Shown here piece after piece: positions 8,592-19,096 of a DNA stretch of 50,411 nt. Location: assembly GCA_035607445.1 (NCBI GenBank), contig DATMZM010000147.1, positions 1-50,411 on the forward strand, written 5' to 3'. The stretch's first letter is position 1; the number at the start of each line of letters is the position of its first letter. The position numbers and the translations under genes are program-made. The DNA is from Thermoanaerobaculia bacterium. GTDB taxonomy: Bacteria > Acidobacteriota > Thermoanaerobaculia > Multivoradales > UBA5704. The notes beneath the pieces are model-generated. The model did no database searches, was not told where the DNA came from, and saw only the letters and a list, made by a program, of their open reading frames with translations.

Positions 8592-9962
8592 TCAGCGCCG
8601 GCCCTCTGCGGGGGCCTGCGGTCCGGCCTCGTCGCCGAGCCGGGCGACCGCTGCCGCAGCCTGGCGGATGGCTTCGAGCGGGACGTTCCCCCGCTCCGCG
8701 GCCCGGACGAGCAGAGCGATCGCGGCGAGGGACTCGCGCGGGACCTCGAGCGACCGGAAGAGGGCGAGCGTGCCGCGGGCGATCTCCGCGATCTCGCGAT
8801 AGCGGTCCTGGCGCGCGTAGACGCCGGCGAGCTCGAAGGCGACCTGCGCGGCGTCCGAGGCCATCTCGGCGTTGACGAAGCCGTCGCGCGCGAGGAGGAA
8901 CGAGCGCTCGGCGCTCGCGAGCTGCCCCAATCCGGCGGCGATCCTGCCCTCGACCCAGGCCTTGCGCAGCTGGACCCAGGGCTCCGGGAACCGTCGGTAG
9001 ACCGGCCGCGATTCGGCGAGCAGGCGGCGGGCCGCGAGGAATTGGCCGGCCTCGGCCAGGAACGAGATCAGGTTGTGGCGGGCGCAGAACTCGAGCCGGG
9101 GCTCGGCCGCGGTGTCGAGGAGAGGCAGCGCCTCCCGGAGCAGGGAGATCGCCCGCTCGGGCTGGCCGGCCGTCCGGGCGACGTTGGCCAAGGTGACCAG
9201 GCAGCGGGCGGCGCGGTGCTCCTCGCCGGTCGAGCGAAAGGTCTCGATCGATCGCGCGAGGAGGCGGGCGGCATCGTCGAGCCGGCGCTGCTCGCGCCGC
9301 AGCGAGGCCTTCAAGCTCCAGAGCTCCGCCCGCTCGAGGGGGTCGCGCGTCCCCTCGCGCAGGAGCGCCTCGGCGCGCGCGAACGCCTCCTCGGCGCCGC
9401 CTAAATCGGCGCGTACGCGGCGCGCGTTGGCGATCCGGCCGAGGCAGCGCACCGAAAGGTCGGTGAGCCGCGCCGAGCCGTAGAAGGCAGGGTCGAGACG
9501 GCCGACGTGCGCGAGCGCGATCTCGCCGAAGCGCTCGCCGTCGCGGGGGTCGCGATAGGTCCGCTCGCGGCTCTCTTCGAGGATCGCCTCGACGAAGCCC
9601 CAGGTGCGGTAGCGCGGCTCGCCGGCGAGCGCGGGCTCGAAGCGTTCGGGCGGCCCGCCGAGCAGAGCGGTCCACAGAGTCGCCGCTTCGGCGCGCTCGT
9701 GCTCGAAGGAGGCGAGCCGCTCGAGGAACTCGCGCGAGCCGCGGCGCAACGCCGGAGCGTAATCGGGCGCCGGCCCGGGCCACGGCACCACCCGCGCGAG
9801 AGCTCTGGAAAGCCGATCGGGCTTGGCGTCGAGCAGCTCGCGGACCTTGTCCTGGCAGCGGCGGCAGGCGATCAGGTGGGCGAGCACCCGCTCGAGGCCG
9901 GCCGTGCGGAGCGAGTCGGCGAGGCCTTGGAGGGTGATCTCGTCGGGATGGATGCGGGGCAT
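8592..9962 (-). CDS. zf-HC2 (HxxxCxxC)-like N-terminus fused to TPR-like helical repeats; hypothetical
   Basis: 456 aa. H29-x3-C33-x2-C36 (AHLIACRRCQ). The remainder is Ala/Arg/Leu-rich helical repeats of TPR type. No hydrophobic TM segment seen. Confidence 0.6.
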   Translation of the reverse strand: MPRIHPDEITLQGLADSLRTAGLERVLAHLIACRRCQDKVRELLDAKPDRLSRALARVVPWPGPAPDYAPALRRGSREFLERLASFEHERAEAATLWTALLGGPPERFEPALAGEPRYRTWGFVEAILEESRERTYRDPRDGERFGEIALAHVGRLDPAFYGSARLTDLSVRCLGRIANARRVRADLGGAEEAFARAEALLREGTRDPLERAELWSLKASLRREQRRLDDAARLLARSIETFRSTGEEHRAARCLVTLANVARTAGQPERAISLLREALPLLDTAAEPRLEFCARHNLISFLAEAGQFLAARRLLAESRPVYRRFPEPWVQLRKAWVEGRIAAGLGQLASAERSFLLARDGFVNAEMASDAAQVAFELAGVYARQDRYREIAEIARGTLALFRSLEVPRESLAAIALLVRAAERGNVPLEAIRQAAAAVARLGDEAGPQAPAEGRR

Positions 9963-10100
9963 CGGATCCGGGCGCGCCGCCGCCCCGCCGGGGACGTCCC
10001 GGAAGGGCGCGTGCGCGATCCGTGTCGATCTCTCACGTACATGGTTGCTCGAGCGGTGCCAAACCGAGACAGGAGAGTGACGGCGGGGTCGTTCGCCGGC

Positions 10101-10268
10101 CTATGGCTTGCACCTCAGGTGGCCGTCGGGGTCGACCTCGCAGCCCGAGGAACCGATCGGTTTGACGATCGGCGGGCTCGTCCGTGGGGTCGACGGGGTG
10201 ACGGCGAACGTCGTCGGGGCGGGATGGAGGTGCAGAGCGTAGAGCACGAACAGCAGACACGACACCAT
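10101..10268 (-). CDS. small secreted or membrane-anchored Cys-containing peptide (55 aa), hypothetical
   Basis: MVSCLLFVLYALHLHPAPTTFAVTPSTPRTSPPIVKPIGSSGCEVDPDGHLRCKP. GGAGGAG lies 6 nt upstream of the ATG at 10268. By hand count, 48 of 55 sense codons end in G/C, as expected for a real frame in this genome. Confidence 0.5.
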   Translation of the reverse strand: MVSCLLFVLYALHLHPAPTTFAVTPSTPRTSPPIVKPIGSSGCEVDPDGHLRCKP

Positions 10269-10380
10269 GTCTGGCTCCTCCGGGATCGCTCGGCGGCGGA
10301 CGCCGCCGCCTGCGTTCGGAGGAAGACGCGAATTCGCGCAACCCAACGTGTCGCTTCGGGGTGAGGTTCCCTCTCGCCGT

Positions 10381-12165
10381 TCAGCTCGAGCGTTCGCTCG
10401 CCGGGACCGCGCTGTCGCGGATCTTCGCTGCGGCCGGGGACAGGGGGGCGTGGGTCAGGATCCGGTTGATGCGATCGAGCGCCTTCATGCTCTCGCCGAC
10501 GCCCTGATAGAGGACGACCTCGCCGTAGAGGTCGTCGGCCAGCCGGTTCAGCCGCTCGATCACGGCCGGCACGTGCGCGCCCTCGGGATAGCGCTTCAGG
10601 TACTCGGCGCCGTTGGCCAGGTCGCTGTAGCTGGTGGCGAGGAGGGCGATCCGCTCCTCCGCCTTCTTGCGGGTCTCCGGATCCTTCTCGCGGTCGGCCA
10701 GCTCCTGGAGCGCGGCGAGCTGGTTCAAGCCCGGCGCGAGGTTCTGGAGGCCCGTATGGGCCTTGACCCCGGCGGGCGTGTCCGGGCCGGCCTCCGAGGC
10801 GCGCAGGTATTGGGCCACCGCGTTGGTCTGATCGCCGAGCCGGGCGTAGGCGTTGCCGAGCGCGAGCGCGACCTCCGGGATCCGCGGCGAATCGGGGTAG
10901 TTGGAGAGGAACGCGGCCAAAAACGAGGTCTCGAAAACGCCTCCTTCGAGGACTTCGACGGACTTCGGATACGCCTCGCGCGACTTCGCCTCCAGGTCCG
11001 TGAGCTCGGCGTCGAGCTTGGTCACGAGATCGCTCTTCGGCGTCAGATCGACGACCTCCTGGCGCTGCGCGCGGTAGACCTTGAGCACCGCGCCGTAGTC
11101 GCGGGCCAGGAGAGGCTTGGCGAGGGCGTCGTCGCGCACCTCGTGCAGCTTCTCGAGGCGCAACCCTTCGGCGACCGGACCCTGCGGCCAGGTGGCGAGC
11201 GCGGCGCGCTTCATGAAGCCGAGCTCGGGCCGCTCGGGCCGGTTGTGCGCGATCCAGGCCATCAGCGTGGTCTGGGTCTTCTGCCGGAGCGGATCCGCGG
11301 TGCTCCGGTCCTGGATCTTCAAGTCCGCCGCGCGCACGAGCGCGGCCTTCATCCGCTCCTCGGCGAACGGATGGGTTTGCCAGTAGCCGTACTCGCGGGC
11401 CTGCGGCGCGCGCGTATTGAGGACTTTCCAGAAGCTCTGCGCCGCCGCCGGGTCGTAGCCTGCAGCGGCGGCCAGGCGCTGCCCCTCGTCGTCCGCCTCG
11501 GTCTCGTTCTCGCGGCTGTAGCTGCGCAAGAGGAGCTCCGAGACGACGAGGCTCGCCGCGGCGGCGCCCTGGACCACGTTGCCTCCCGTGTCGGGAGTGG
11601 CGAGAGGATCGTAGCCGGGGCCCGTCGGGGTGGACTGGCGGCCCCTTTCGGCGCCGACCAGGACGCCGATGATCAGGGCGTTGCCCAGCACGTTCATCAG
11701 GGTCGCGCGCCGCTGCATCTTGACGTAGTGCTCGTGGGTGACGTGGGTCAGCTCGTGGCCGAGGACGTTGGCCAGCATGTCGTCGTCGGGCGCCAGGTCG
11801 AGGAGACCGCGGGTGACGAAGATCTGGCCGCCGGGCAGCGCGAAGGCGTTCGGCACCGGCATGTCGACGAGGCCGAAGGAGACCGGATAGCGGTCGTAGT
11901 CGGCCTGCTTGACCAGCTCGTAACCGATCCGGTTGACCCGCTCGAGCTCCTTGGGGTTGTCGTAGTAGCCGTACTCCTCGACCGCCTCCTGTGCCGCTTT
12001 GACGCTCTGAGCGAAGAGATCCGGCTTTTCGGGCTTGCCGGCCGGGGCCGGCTCGGCGGCGAGCCCCGCCGGCGCCAGGAGGGCCGAGACCAGGAGCGCG
12101 GCGAGCAGCCGGCGCGCGATCCGCGGCGTCCGGGGCGAGGGGCGAAAGGGGAGCGGCGGATTCAT
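10381..12165 (-). CDS. M48 family zinc metalloprotease with C-terminal TPR region (BepA/YfgC-like)
   Basis: 594 aa. Signal peptide (LLAALLVSALLAPAGLAA), HExxH (GHELTHVTHEH), and a TPR-like C-terminus (ALGNAYARLGDQTNAVAQYLRA). Confidence 0.85.
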   Translation of the reverse strand: MNPPLPFRPSPRTPRIARRLLAALLVSALLAPAGLAAEPAPAGKPEKPDLFAQSVKAAQEAVEEYGYYDNPKELERVNRIGYELVKQADYDRYPVSFGLVDMPVPNAFALPGGQIFVTRGLLDLAPDDDMLANVLGHELTHVTHEHYVKMQRRATLMNVLGNALIIGVLVGAERGRQSTPTGPGYDPLATPDTGGNVVQGAAAASLVVSELLLRSYSRENETEADDEGQRLAAAAGYDPAAAQSFWKVLNTRAPQAREYGYWQTHPFAEERMKAALVRAADLKIQDRSTADPLRQKTQTTLMAWIAHNRPERPELGFMKRAALATWPQGPVAEGLRLEKLHEVRDDALAKPLLARDYGAVLKVYRAQRQEVVDLTPKSDLVTKLDAELTDLEAKSREAYPKSVEVLEGGVFETSFLAAFLSNYPDSPRIPEVALALGNAYARLGDQTNAVAQYLRASEAGPDTPAGVKAHTGLQNLAPGLNQLAALQELADREKDPETRKKAEERIALLATSYSDLANGAEYLKRYPEGAHVPAVIERLNRLADDLYGEVVLYQGVGESMKALDRINRILTHAPLSPAAAKIRDSAVPASERSS

Positions 12166-12392
12166 GGTCGGAGCTTACTCCCTGCGGCGATCGCCGGGCG
12201 CGGCTGGCGCCTCGGTGTCGAGGTCCGGTCCTGCACGGAGGATGCCTGGCCCTGGGGCCGGGGCTCGGCGCGCGCCGCAGGCGGCGGCGCGAAGGGCAGG
12301 GCGCCGCGGCGAGCGCGCGGGGGACGGCGGCGTCCTCTCGGGGCCGCGGGGAGGTCCGGCGGCCCGGTTGCCCTGTGGTAGCTTTCGCCGCC

Positions 12393-12671
12393 ATGAGCGA
12401 CCTCACGATCGAGACGCCGGCGGCGAAATCGTCGATGGCCGACCTGCGCCCCGCGCTCGACGCGGCGCTCAAGGCCAACTTCCCCGGCGGCATGCTGAAA
12501 TGGAGCTGGGACGGCGACGTCTGCCATCTGACCGGCCCGGGCGCCAAAGGGACGATCGTGCTCGAAGAGGGCAAGCTCGTCGGGCGCGCGCACCTCGCTC
12601 CGCCCGCGAGCATGATGCGGTCGGTGATCGAGCAGAAGATCTCGACCGCCATGAAGAAGGCCGCGGCCTAG
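12393..12671 (+). CDS. polyhydroxyalkanoic acid system-like small protein (PHA_gran_rgn-like)
   Basis: 92 aa. Size and the pattern ..W.WDGD..H..G.GAKGTI.LEEGKL...A.L....MM...IE..I resemble the PF09650-type family. Assigned from memory of that family, not from a search. Confidence 0.45.
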   Translation: MSDLTIETPAAKSSMADLRPALDAALKANFPGGMLKWSWDGDVCHLTGPGAKGTIVLEEGKLVGRAHLAPPASMMRSVIEQKISTAMKKAAA

Positions 12672-12689
12672 CCCGGGGCCTTCCGCGCG

Positions 12690-13571
12690 ATGCCCGGTCC
12701 CCCCGCCGCGCTCGCGCGGGCCGCCGGCCGGCGGTCGGAGGCCCCTTTCCTTTTCTTTCAGCGGGGCTGGGACTGGCGGTGGCTCGGCTTCCGCGACGCC
12801 CGGCGGCAGGTCGGCGGGGCCGCCGCGCTCCTGGCCCATCTTTCGTCCGGCGCGCGCGTCGCCTTCCCCTCGGTCGCGGGCGCCGGGGGAGCCGCGGCGA
12901 TCCTCGTCGACCTCGCGATCCAGGCCGCGGGGCTGGTGGCCGTCCCCCTCGCGGTGGGCGCCGGGGAGAGCGGCCTCGCGCAGACCCTCGCGGCCGCAGG
13001 CGCCGAGGCGTTCGTCGCTCCGCCCGGCTTCGCGCCCGGTCTCGGCCTTCCCGCGATCGATCTGCCCGATTTAGCGGCGCTCGACGGGGAGGTTCCCGAC
13101 CGCGCGGGATCGATCGCTGTGGCCGCCGGCTCCGGACCGGGCGATCTCCGCGTCGTGCCGGCGGCGGATCTCGACGCCGCGTCCTCTGCGATCACGGCTC
13201 TCCTCGCGCGCCCCGCGAAGCGGGAGATCGCGGTCGTCGGCCTCCCGTCGCAGGATCCGGCCGAGCGCGCGTTCCTCGCCTGGGGGGAGATCACCGGCGC
13301 GGCGCTGGTCCTCGAGCCCTGGGCGGTCCATCGCGTCGCCACCGCGTCCTGGGCGAGGCCGACCGTCCACTGCGGCCCGGCGGCCGAGCTGGCCGCTCTC
13401 CTCGCGAAGGCGGGAGGCTCCCGGCGCGGGCGCAAGCCGCCGTTCGGCCGCCTGCACACCGTCTTCTGTTCCGAGCCGGGGGCGCTCGGGCCGGGCGAGA
13501 TCGAGGCCTGGGCCCGCCTGGGCGTCGCCGCGGTGCCGCTGCCCGCGCTCCCGAGAGGGTCGGCGCCATGA
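12690..13571 (+). CDS. hypothetical protein, degenerate ANL (acyl-CoA synthetase) N-terminal-like
   Basis: 293 aa. The N-terminus resembles the substrate/AMP-binding superfamily (W..L.F.DARRQV...A..L, G.RVA, LA...AG.V.VPL). The position of the TSGTTGxPKG loop reads AAGSGPGDLR. ATGA overlap with queG. Confidence 0.5.
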   Translation: MPGPPAALARAAGRRSEAPFLFFQRGWDWRWLGFRDARRQVGGAAALLAHLSSGARVAFPSVAGAGGAAAILVDLAIQAAGLVAVPLAVGAGESGLAQTLAAAGAEAFVAPPGFAPGLGLPAIDLPDLAALDGEVPDRAGSIAVAAGSGPGDLRVVPAADLDAASSAITALLARPAKREIAVVGLPSQDPAERAFLAWGEITGAALVLEPWAVHRVATASWARPTVHCGPAAELAALLAKAGGSRRGRKPPFGRLHTVFCSEPGALGPGEIEAWARLGVAAVPLPALPRGSAP

Positions 13572-14503
13572 CGTCGCTCGACCGCGCCCGCGAGCTCAAG
13601 TCCTGGGCTCTCGAAGCGGGATTCGACCGCGCCGGAGTCGCGAGCCTGGGGCCGCTCGAGCACGGCCGGGCGCTCGTGCGCTGGCTCGAGCGCGGGGACC
13701 AGGCGGGGATGGCCTGGATGGCGCATCGGCTCGAGGTCCGGCTCGATCCCTCGCGGTGGCTCGAAGGCGCCCGGAGCGCTCTCTGCGTCGCCCTCCAGTA
13801 CTCGCCGCTCGCGGGCGAGGAGGAGCCGGAGGGCGACCTCTGGCCGCGCGTCGCCCGCTACGCGCGCGGCGCCGACTACCACGACCTCGTGAGCCGGCGG
13901 CTCCGCCCGTTGTGCGACCGCATCGAGGCGGCCTTCCCCGGCGCCAGAGCCCGTTTCTCGGTCGATACCGGGCCGCTCCTCGAGCGCGAGATCGCCGCGC
14001 GCGCCGGCCTCGGAGCGATGGGCAAGAACACGATGCTGCTCCACCCGGAAGGCGGCTCCTGGTTCCTGCTCGGCGAGATCCTGACGACGCTCGACCTGGC
14101 CCCCGACGCGCCGCTCGCCGATCTCTGCGGCAGCTGCACCCGCTGCCTGGACGCCTGCCCGACCGGCGCTCTCGCGGAGCCCTATCGCCTGGACGCCCGG
14201 CGCTGCATCAGCTACTGGACGATCGAGCACCGGGGAGATTTCCCGCCGGAGGTCGCTGCCGTCCTCGACGGCTGGGTGTTCGGCTGCGACGTCTGCCAGG
14301 AGGTCTGCCCGTGGAACGCCGCTGTGCCGCCGGCCGATCACCCGGAGCTGCGCCTGCCGCCCGAGCGCGCCGGGCTCGACCTCCTGGGCCTGCTCGGCCT
14401 GTCGCGGGACGACTACACCCTGCGCTTTCGCGGCAGCCCGATGAAACGGGCGAAGCTCGAAGGGTTGCAGCGCAACGCGGCGGCCGCGCTGGGGCGCTCT
14501 TGA
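13568..14503 (+). CDS. queG: epoxyqueuosine reductase
   Basis: 4Fe-4S motifs CGSCTRCLDACP and CDVCQEVCPWN, plus YARGADYH, GKNT and ISYWTIE. Start is the ATG at 13568 inside the longer track ORF. Confidence 0.9.
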   Translation: MTSLDRARELKSWALEAGFDRAGVASLGPLEHGRALVRWLERGDQAGMAWMAHRLEVRLDPSRWLEGARSALCVALQYSPLAGEEEPEGDLWPRVARYARGADYHDLVSRRLRPLCDRIEAAFPGARARFSVDTGPLLEREIAARAGLGAMGKNTMLLHPEGGSWFLLGEILTTLDLAPDAPLADLCGSCTRCLDACPTGALAEPYRLDARRCISYWTIEHRGDFPPEVAAVLDGWVFGCDVCQEVCPWNAAVPPADHPELRLPPERAGLDLLGLLGLSRDDYTLRFRGSPMKRAKLEGLQRNAAAALGRS

Positions 14504-14512
14504 CGGTCGCGC

Positions 14513-15913
14513 TCAGAGCTCGGCGGCGGGCCGCGTCGCGAAGGGCTTGCCGGCCGGCGGCGCGAGCGGTTTCGCTTCGGCGGGAACGGGCGCGATCGCG
14601 GGCGTGGGCAGGAGCCGCTGGCCGAGCTGGCCCTTGAGCACGGCGAAGCGCGAGGCGGCAGCCGTGCGGAGCCACGGCCGTCCGGTCCGTTCCGCGACCA
14701 GGCGCCGGGCGAGGCGCAGATCCTCGATCCAGGGCCAGAGGCTCTGCGGCGCGTTGAAGCCTTCGAAGAACTCCTCGGCGATCGCCGGCACCCGCGAGGC
14801 GGCGAGCAGCACCTCCTTGGCGGGCGGCCCGAGCGGCTCGAGGAACAGGTTGGAGAAGCGGGTCATGAAGCGCGCTTCCCGCTGCCAGAACTCCTCGAAG
14901 CCCGCGGCCATCCAGGCGGCGTCGAACGGCCGGTCGCCGTGCTCGAGGATCCTGCCGGTCATGAAGTGCGCCGCCTTGGCGGCGTGGTTCGCACCCTGGG
15001 CGGCGATCGGATCGTTGAGCACCAGGGCGTCGCCCAGGCCGGTGACGGCGCGGCCCGAGGGCAGATGGGCGACCGGCCTGCGGACGACCGGCGTGATCGC
15101 TCCGGTCGCCCAGGCGAGAGGGTCGGTGATCTCGACGTGGGCCAGCCGGTGGAGCTCCCAGGGCGCCAGGTCGGCGACGACCCGGCGGGCGATGCCGAGC
15201 ATCTCCTCGGCCGTGCGCGCCGCGGAGAAGCGGTCCATGCGCGAGCCGGGCTTGGCCTCGAACAGCAGGCTGTGGCACGAGCCGGCGGTCTTGTCGTGGA
15301 ACGGGATCCAGAAGATCTCGCCTTCGGTCCCGATGAGCGTGAACTTGGCGGCGTGGAACGGCACCTGGGACCAGCGCGCGAGCCCCTTCAGGGTGAGGAG
15401 GGCGAGCTTGCGCTGCGGCTTGGCGTGGACGCTGCGCCGCGCGTCGCGCTCGAAGAGGGCCGAGATCTCCCCCTTGCCGCTCGCGACGACCACCAGGTCG
15501 TGCTCGGCCGCCGCGGCGTCGACGTCCGCGACGGACATCTCGCGCACCACCAGCCGGCCGCCCCGGGCCTCGAGCTCGTCCATCCAGCGCGAGAACTTGA
15601 GCCGCTGGTCGATCGCCATCCCCGGGCGCTTGAAGCGGCCTTCGACGGCGAGCAGGCGGTTGCCGGGGGTCGGACAGAAGTCGAGGTGGACCCCTTCCCC
15701 CGGTTCGACCTCGCCGTCCCAGAAGTCGAGGCCGAGCTCCCGTTCGTAAGCGAGGCTCCGATGGAAGAGGAAGGCCGTCGCCGTGCACCGCCCGTCGAGC
15801 ACCTGCCGGGCGCTCCGGTCCGCATAGAGCGTCACCTGGTACCCGTTCGCGAGCAATCCGAAACCGAGCTGCAAGCCGCCCTGCCCCGCGCCCACGATGG
15901 CGATTTTGCGCAT
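14513..15913 (-). CDS. styrene/indole monooxygenase StyA-like FAD-dependent epoxidase
   Basis: 466 aa. GxGxxG (IVGAGQGGLQLG), KPQR, GLGDALVLNDPIAAQGAN, and the C-terminal EFFEGFNAPQSLW pattern are collinear with StyA as I remember it. Confidence 0.75.
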   Translation of the reverse strand: MRKIAIVGAGQGGLQLGFGLLANGYQVTLYADRSARQVLDGRCTATAFLFHRSLAYERELGLDFWDGEVEPGEGVHLDFCPTPGNRLLAVEGRFKRPGMAIDQRLKFSRWMDELEARGGRLVVREMSVADVDAAAAEHDLVVVASGKGEISALFERDARRSVHAKPQRKLALLTLKGLARWSQVPFHAAKFTLIGTEGEIFWIPFHDKTAGSCHSLLFEAKPGSRMDRFSAARTAEEMLGIARRVVADLAPWELHRLAHVEITDPLAWATGAITPVVRRPVAHLPSGRAVTGLGDALVLNDPIAAQGANHAAKAAHFMTGRILEHGDRPFDAAWMAAGFEEFWQREARFMTRFSNLFLEPLGPPAKEVLLAASRVPAIAEEFFEGFNAPQSLWPWIEDLRLARRLVAERTGRPWLRTAAASRFAVLKGQLGQRLLPTPAIAPVPAEAKPLAPPAGKPFATRPAAEL

Positions 15914-16109
15914 ACGATCCCCCTAGGAGGACCTCGGTCCTCTGAGACGATCCCGGAAGCTTCTCGGTGGATCCATACCCAGGTGCGCCAGGTGGGGTCA
16001 AGCGTGACACGTTTTCGAGGATTTGTGAAGAATCGTCCGGCTGGCGGTTCTGCCGAGGTCGCTCGACCGAGGCCTTCGGACGGGCGCGCGCCGCTGCCCG
16101 ACCCATCGA

Positions 16110-16139
16110 TTGACACCTTTCGGACCTGACCCCTATACT
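16110..16139 (+). promoter_or_regulatory. sigma-70-type promoter candidate for rpsA
   Basis: TTGACA (16110-16115), 18-nt spacer, TATACT (16134-16139). About 115 nt upstream of the rpsA ATG. Confidence 0.5.
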
Positions 16140-16253
16140 CGTACGCCCGAGTTTCCAACGACTTAGAGTTGAGTGGAACTCGATGCCCCGGCGCGGGCAG
16201 CAACAGGCGTGTCTCTTCCGCCTGAATCCAAAGCCAAGGAGGATTGTCCCCTT

Positions 16254-18065
<1,812 letters not shown>

Positions 18066-18086
18066 TAGATTTGGTCGGGCTCGCGA

Positions 18087-18114
18087 GCGGCGGTCCTCCA
18101 AGGAGGGCCGCCGC
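18087..18114 (+). terminator. GC-rich stem-loop between rpsA and ihfB (attenuator/terminator candidate)
   Basis: GCGGCGGTCCTCC-AA-GGAGGGCCGCCGC: 13-bp stem with one U-G pair. No clear U tract. Confidence 0.35.
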
Positions 18115-18160
18115 TCCATCTCGAGGCCACGGGGGGACGGCGGTGTTCGCACGAGACGGA

Positions 18161-18442
18161 ATGACCAAGGCCGAGTTGGTGGAAGAGGTCGCCCGCACGA
18201 CGCAGCTGACCAAGAAACAGGCGGAGATCATCGTCAACGAGGTGTTCGACAGCATCGTGCTCTCCCTCAAGTCGGGCGAGAAGATCGAGCTGCGCGGCTT
18301 CGGCAGCTTCCGGATCCGCCACCGCGGCGCCCGGACCGGGCGCAATCCCAAGACGGGCGACAAGGTCGACGTGCCGCCCAAGCGCATCCCGTATTTCAAG
18401 CCGGGCAAGGAGCTGCGCGAGCTGCTCAACGACGAGGCTTGA
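18161..18442 (+). CDS. ihfB: integration host factor subunit beta
   Basis: 93 aa. RGFGSF..R.R.ARTGRNPKTGDKV.....R.P.FKPGKELR closely follows E. coli IhfB. Located directly after rpsA, as in E. coli. Confidence 0.85.
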   Translation: MTKAELVEEVARTTQLTKKQAEIIVNEVFDSIVLSLKSGEKIELRGFGSFRIRHRGARTGRNPKTGDKVDVPPKRIPYFKPGKELRELLNDEA

Positions 18443-18472
18443 CCCCCGGGTCCCACCGCAGGAGGGCTTAAA

Positions 18473-18883
18473 GTGACGGAGTCCGAAACCACGGCGTCCC
18501 CGGCGCCGCAGAGCCTTGGCCTTGGCACCGCGATGGCCGCCGCGATGATCGCCTGGCTGATCCCCGGCGCCGGCCACGTCTACCTGAAGCGGTGGCGGCG
18601 CGGGCTGGCCTTTTTCGTCCTGGTCGCGATCTCGCTCGCGATCGGCCTCGCCCTGGAAGGCCACCTCTACCGCCCGGTGCCGAACGAGCCGCTGTCGTGG
18701 CTCGGGACGATCGGACAGCTCGGGCTGGGAACGGTGTACACGGTGCTGCGCTACGTCCATTACCAGGGCGACATCCGGGGGCCCGGGTTCGAATACGGGA
18801 CCGCGTTCCTGCTCACCGCCGGCCTGATGAACCTCCTGCTCGTCCTCGACGCGTGGGACATCGCTCACGGCAAGAAGGACTAG
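18473..18883 (+). CDS. hypothetical membrane protein
   Basis: 136 aa, 3-4 hydrophobic helices. GTG start with GGAGGG 8 nt upstream. Confidence 0.55.
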   Translation: MTESETTASPAPQSLGLGTAMAAAMIAWLIPGAGHVYLKRWRRGLAFFVLVAISLAIGLALEGHLYRPVPNEPLSWLGTIGQLGLGTVYTVLRYVHYQGDIRGPGFEYGTAFLLTAGLMNLLLVLDAWDIAHGKKD

Positions 18884-18898
18884 GGGAGCGAGCCGCGC

Positions 18899-19096
18899 AT
18901 GGTGATCAGCCACTTCTTCCTGATGGTCGTCTTCGCCCTGATCGTCTCGGTCTTCTTCGCGCTCCTCTGGCGTCGCGAGCGGGCGGGTCAGGTCCGGCTC
19001 TTCCTCCAGCTGTTTCTCGGGATGGTGCTCGGCGGCCTCGCCGTCGCCTGGTTGATGTACCCGTTCCCGCAGGGGCCGCCGGCACCGATTCCATGA
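18899..19096 (+). CDS. small hypothetical membrane protein (65 aa, 2 TM)
   Basis: Two hydrophobic helices. ATGA overlap with the lpxB start. Confidence 0.45.
   Translation: MVISHFFLMVVFALIVSVFFALLWRRERAGQVRLFLQLFLGMVLGGLAVAWLMYPFPQGPPAPIP

Noticed and set aside
6653-8875. 740-aa plus-strand ORF in a second frame over the GGDEF-EAL gene
   Set aside because: Arg/Pro/Gly-rich shadow frame. The frame starting at 6483 carries all the PAS/GGDEF/EAL motifs.
10115-12652. 845-aa minus ORF and 704-aa plus ORF (10267-12381) overlapping the M48 protease gene
   Set aside because: They are alternative-frame or antisense shadows of the M48 gene, which carries HExxH, a signal peptide and TPR repeats.
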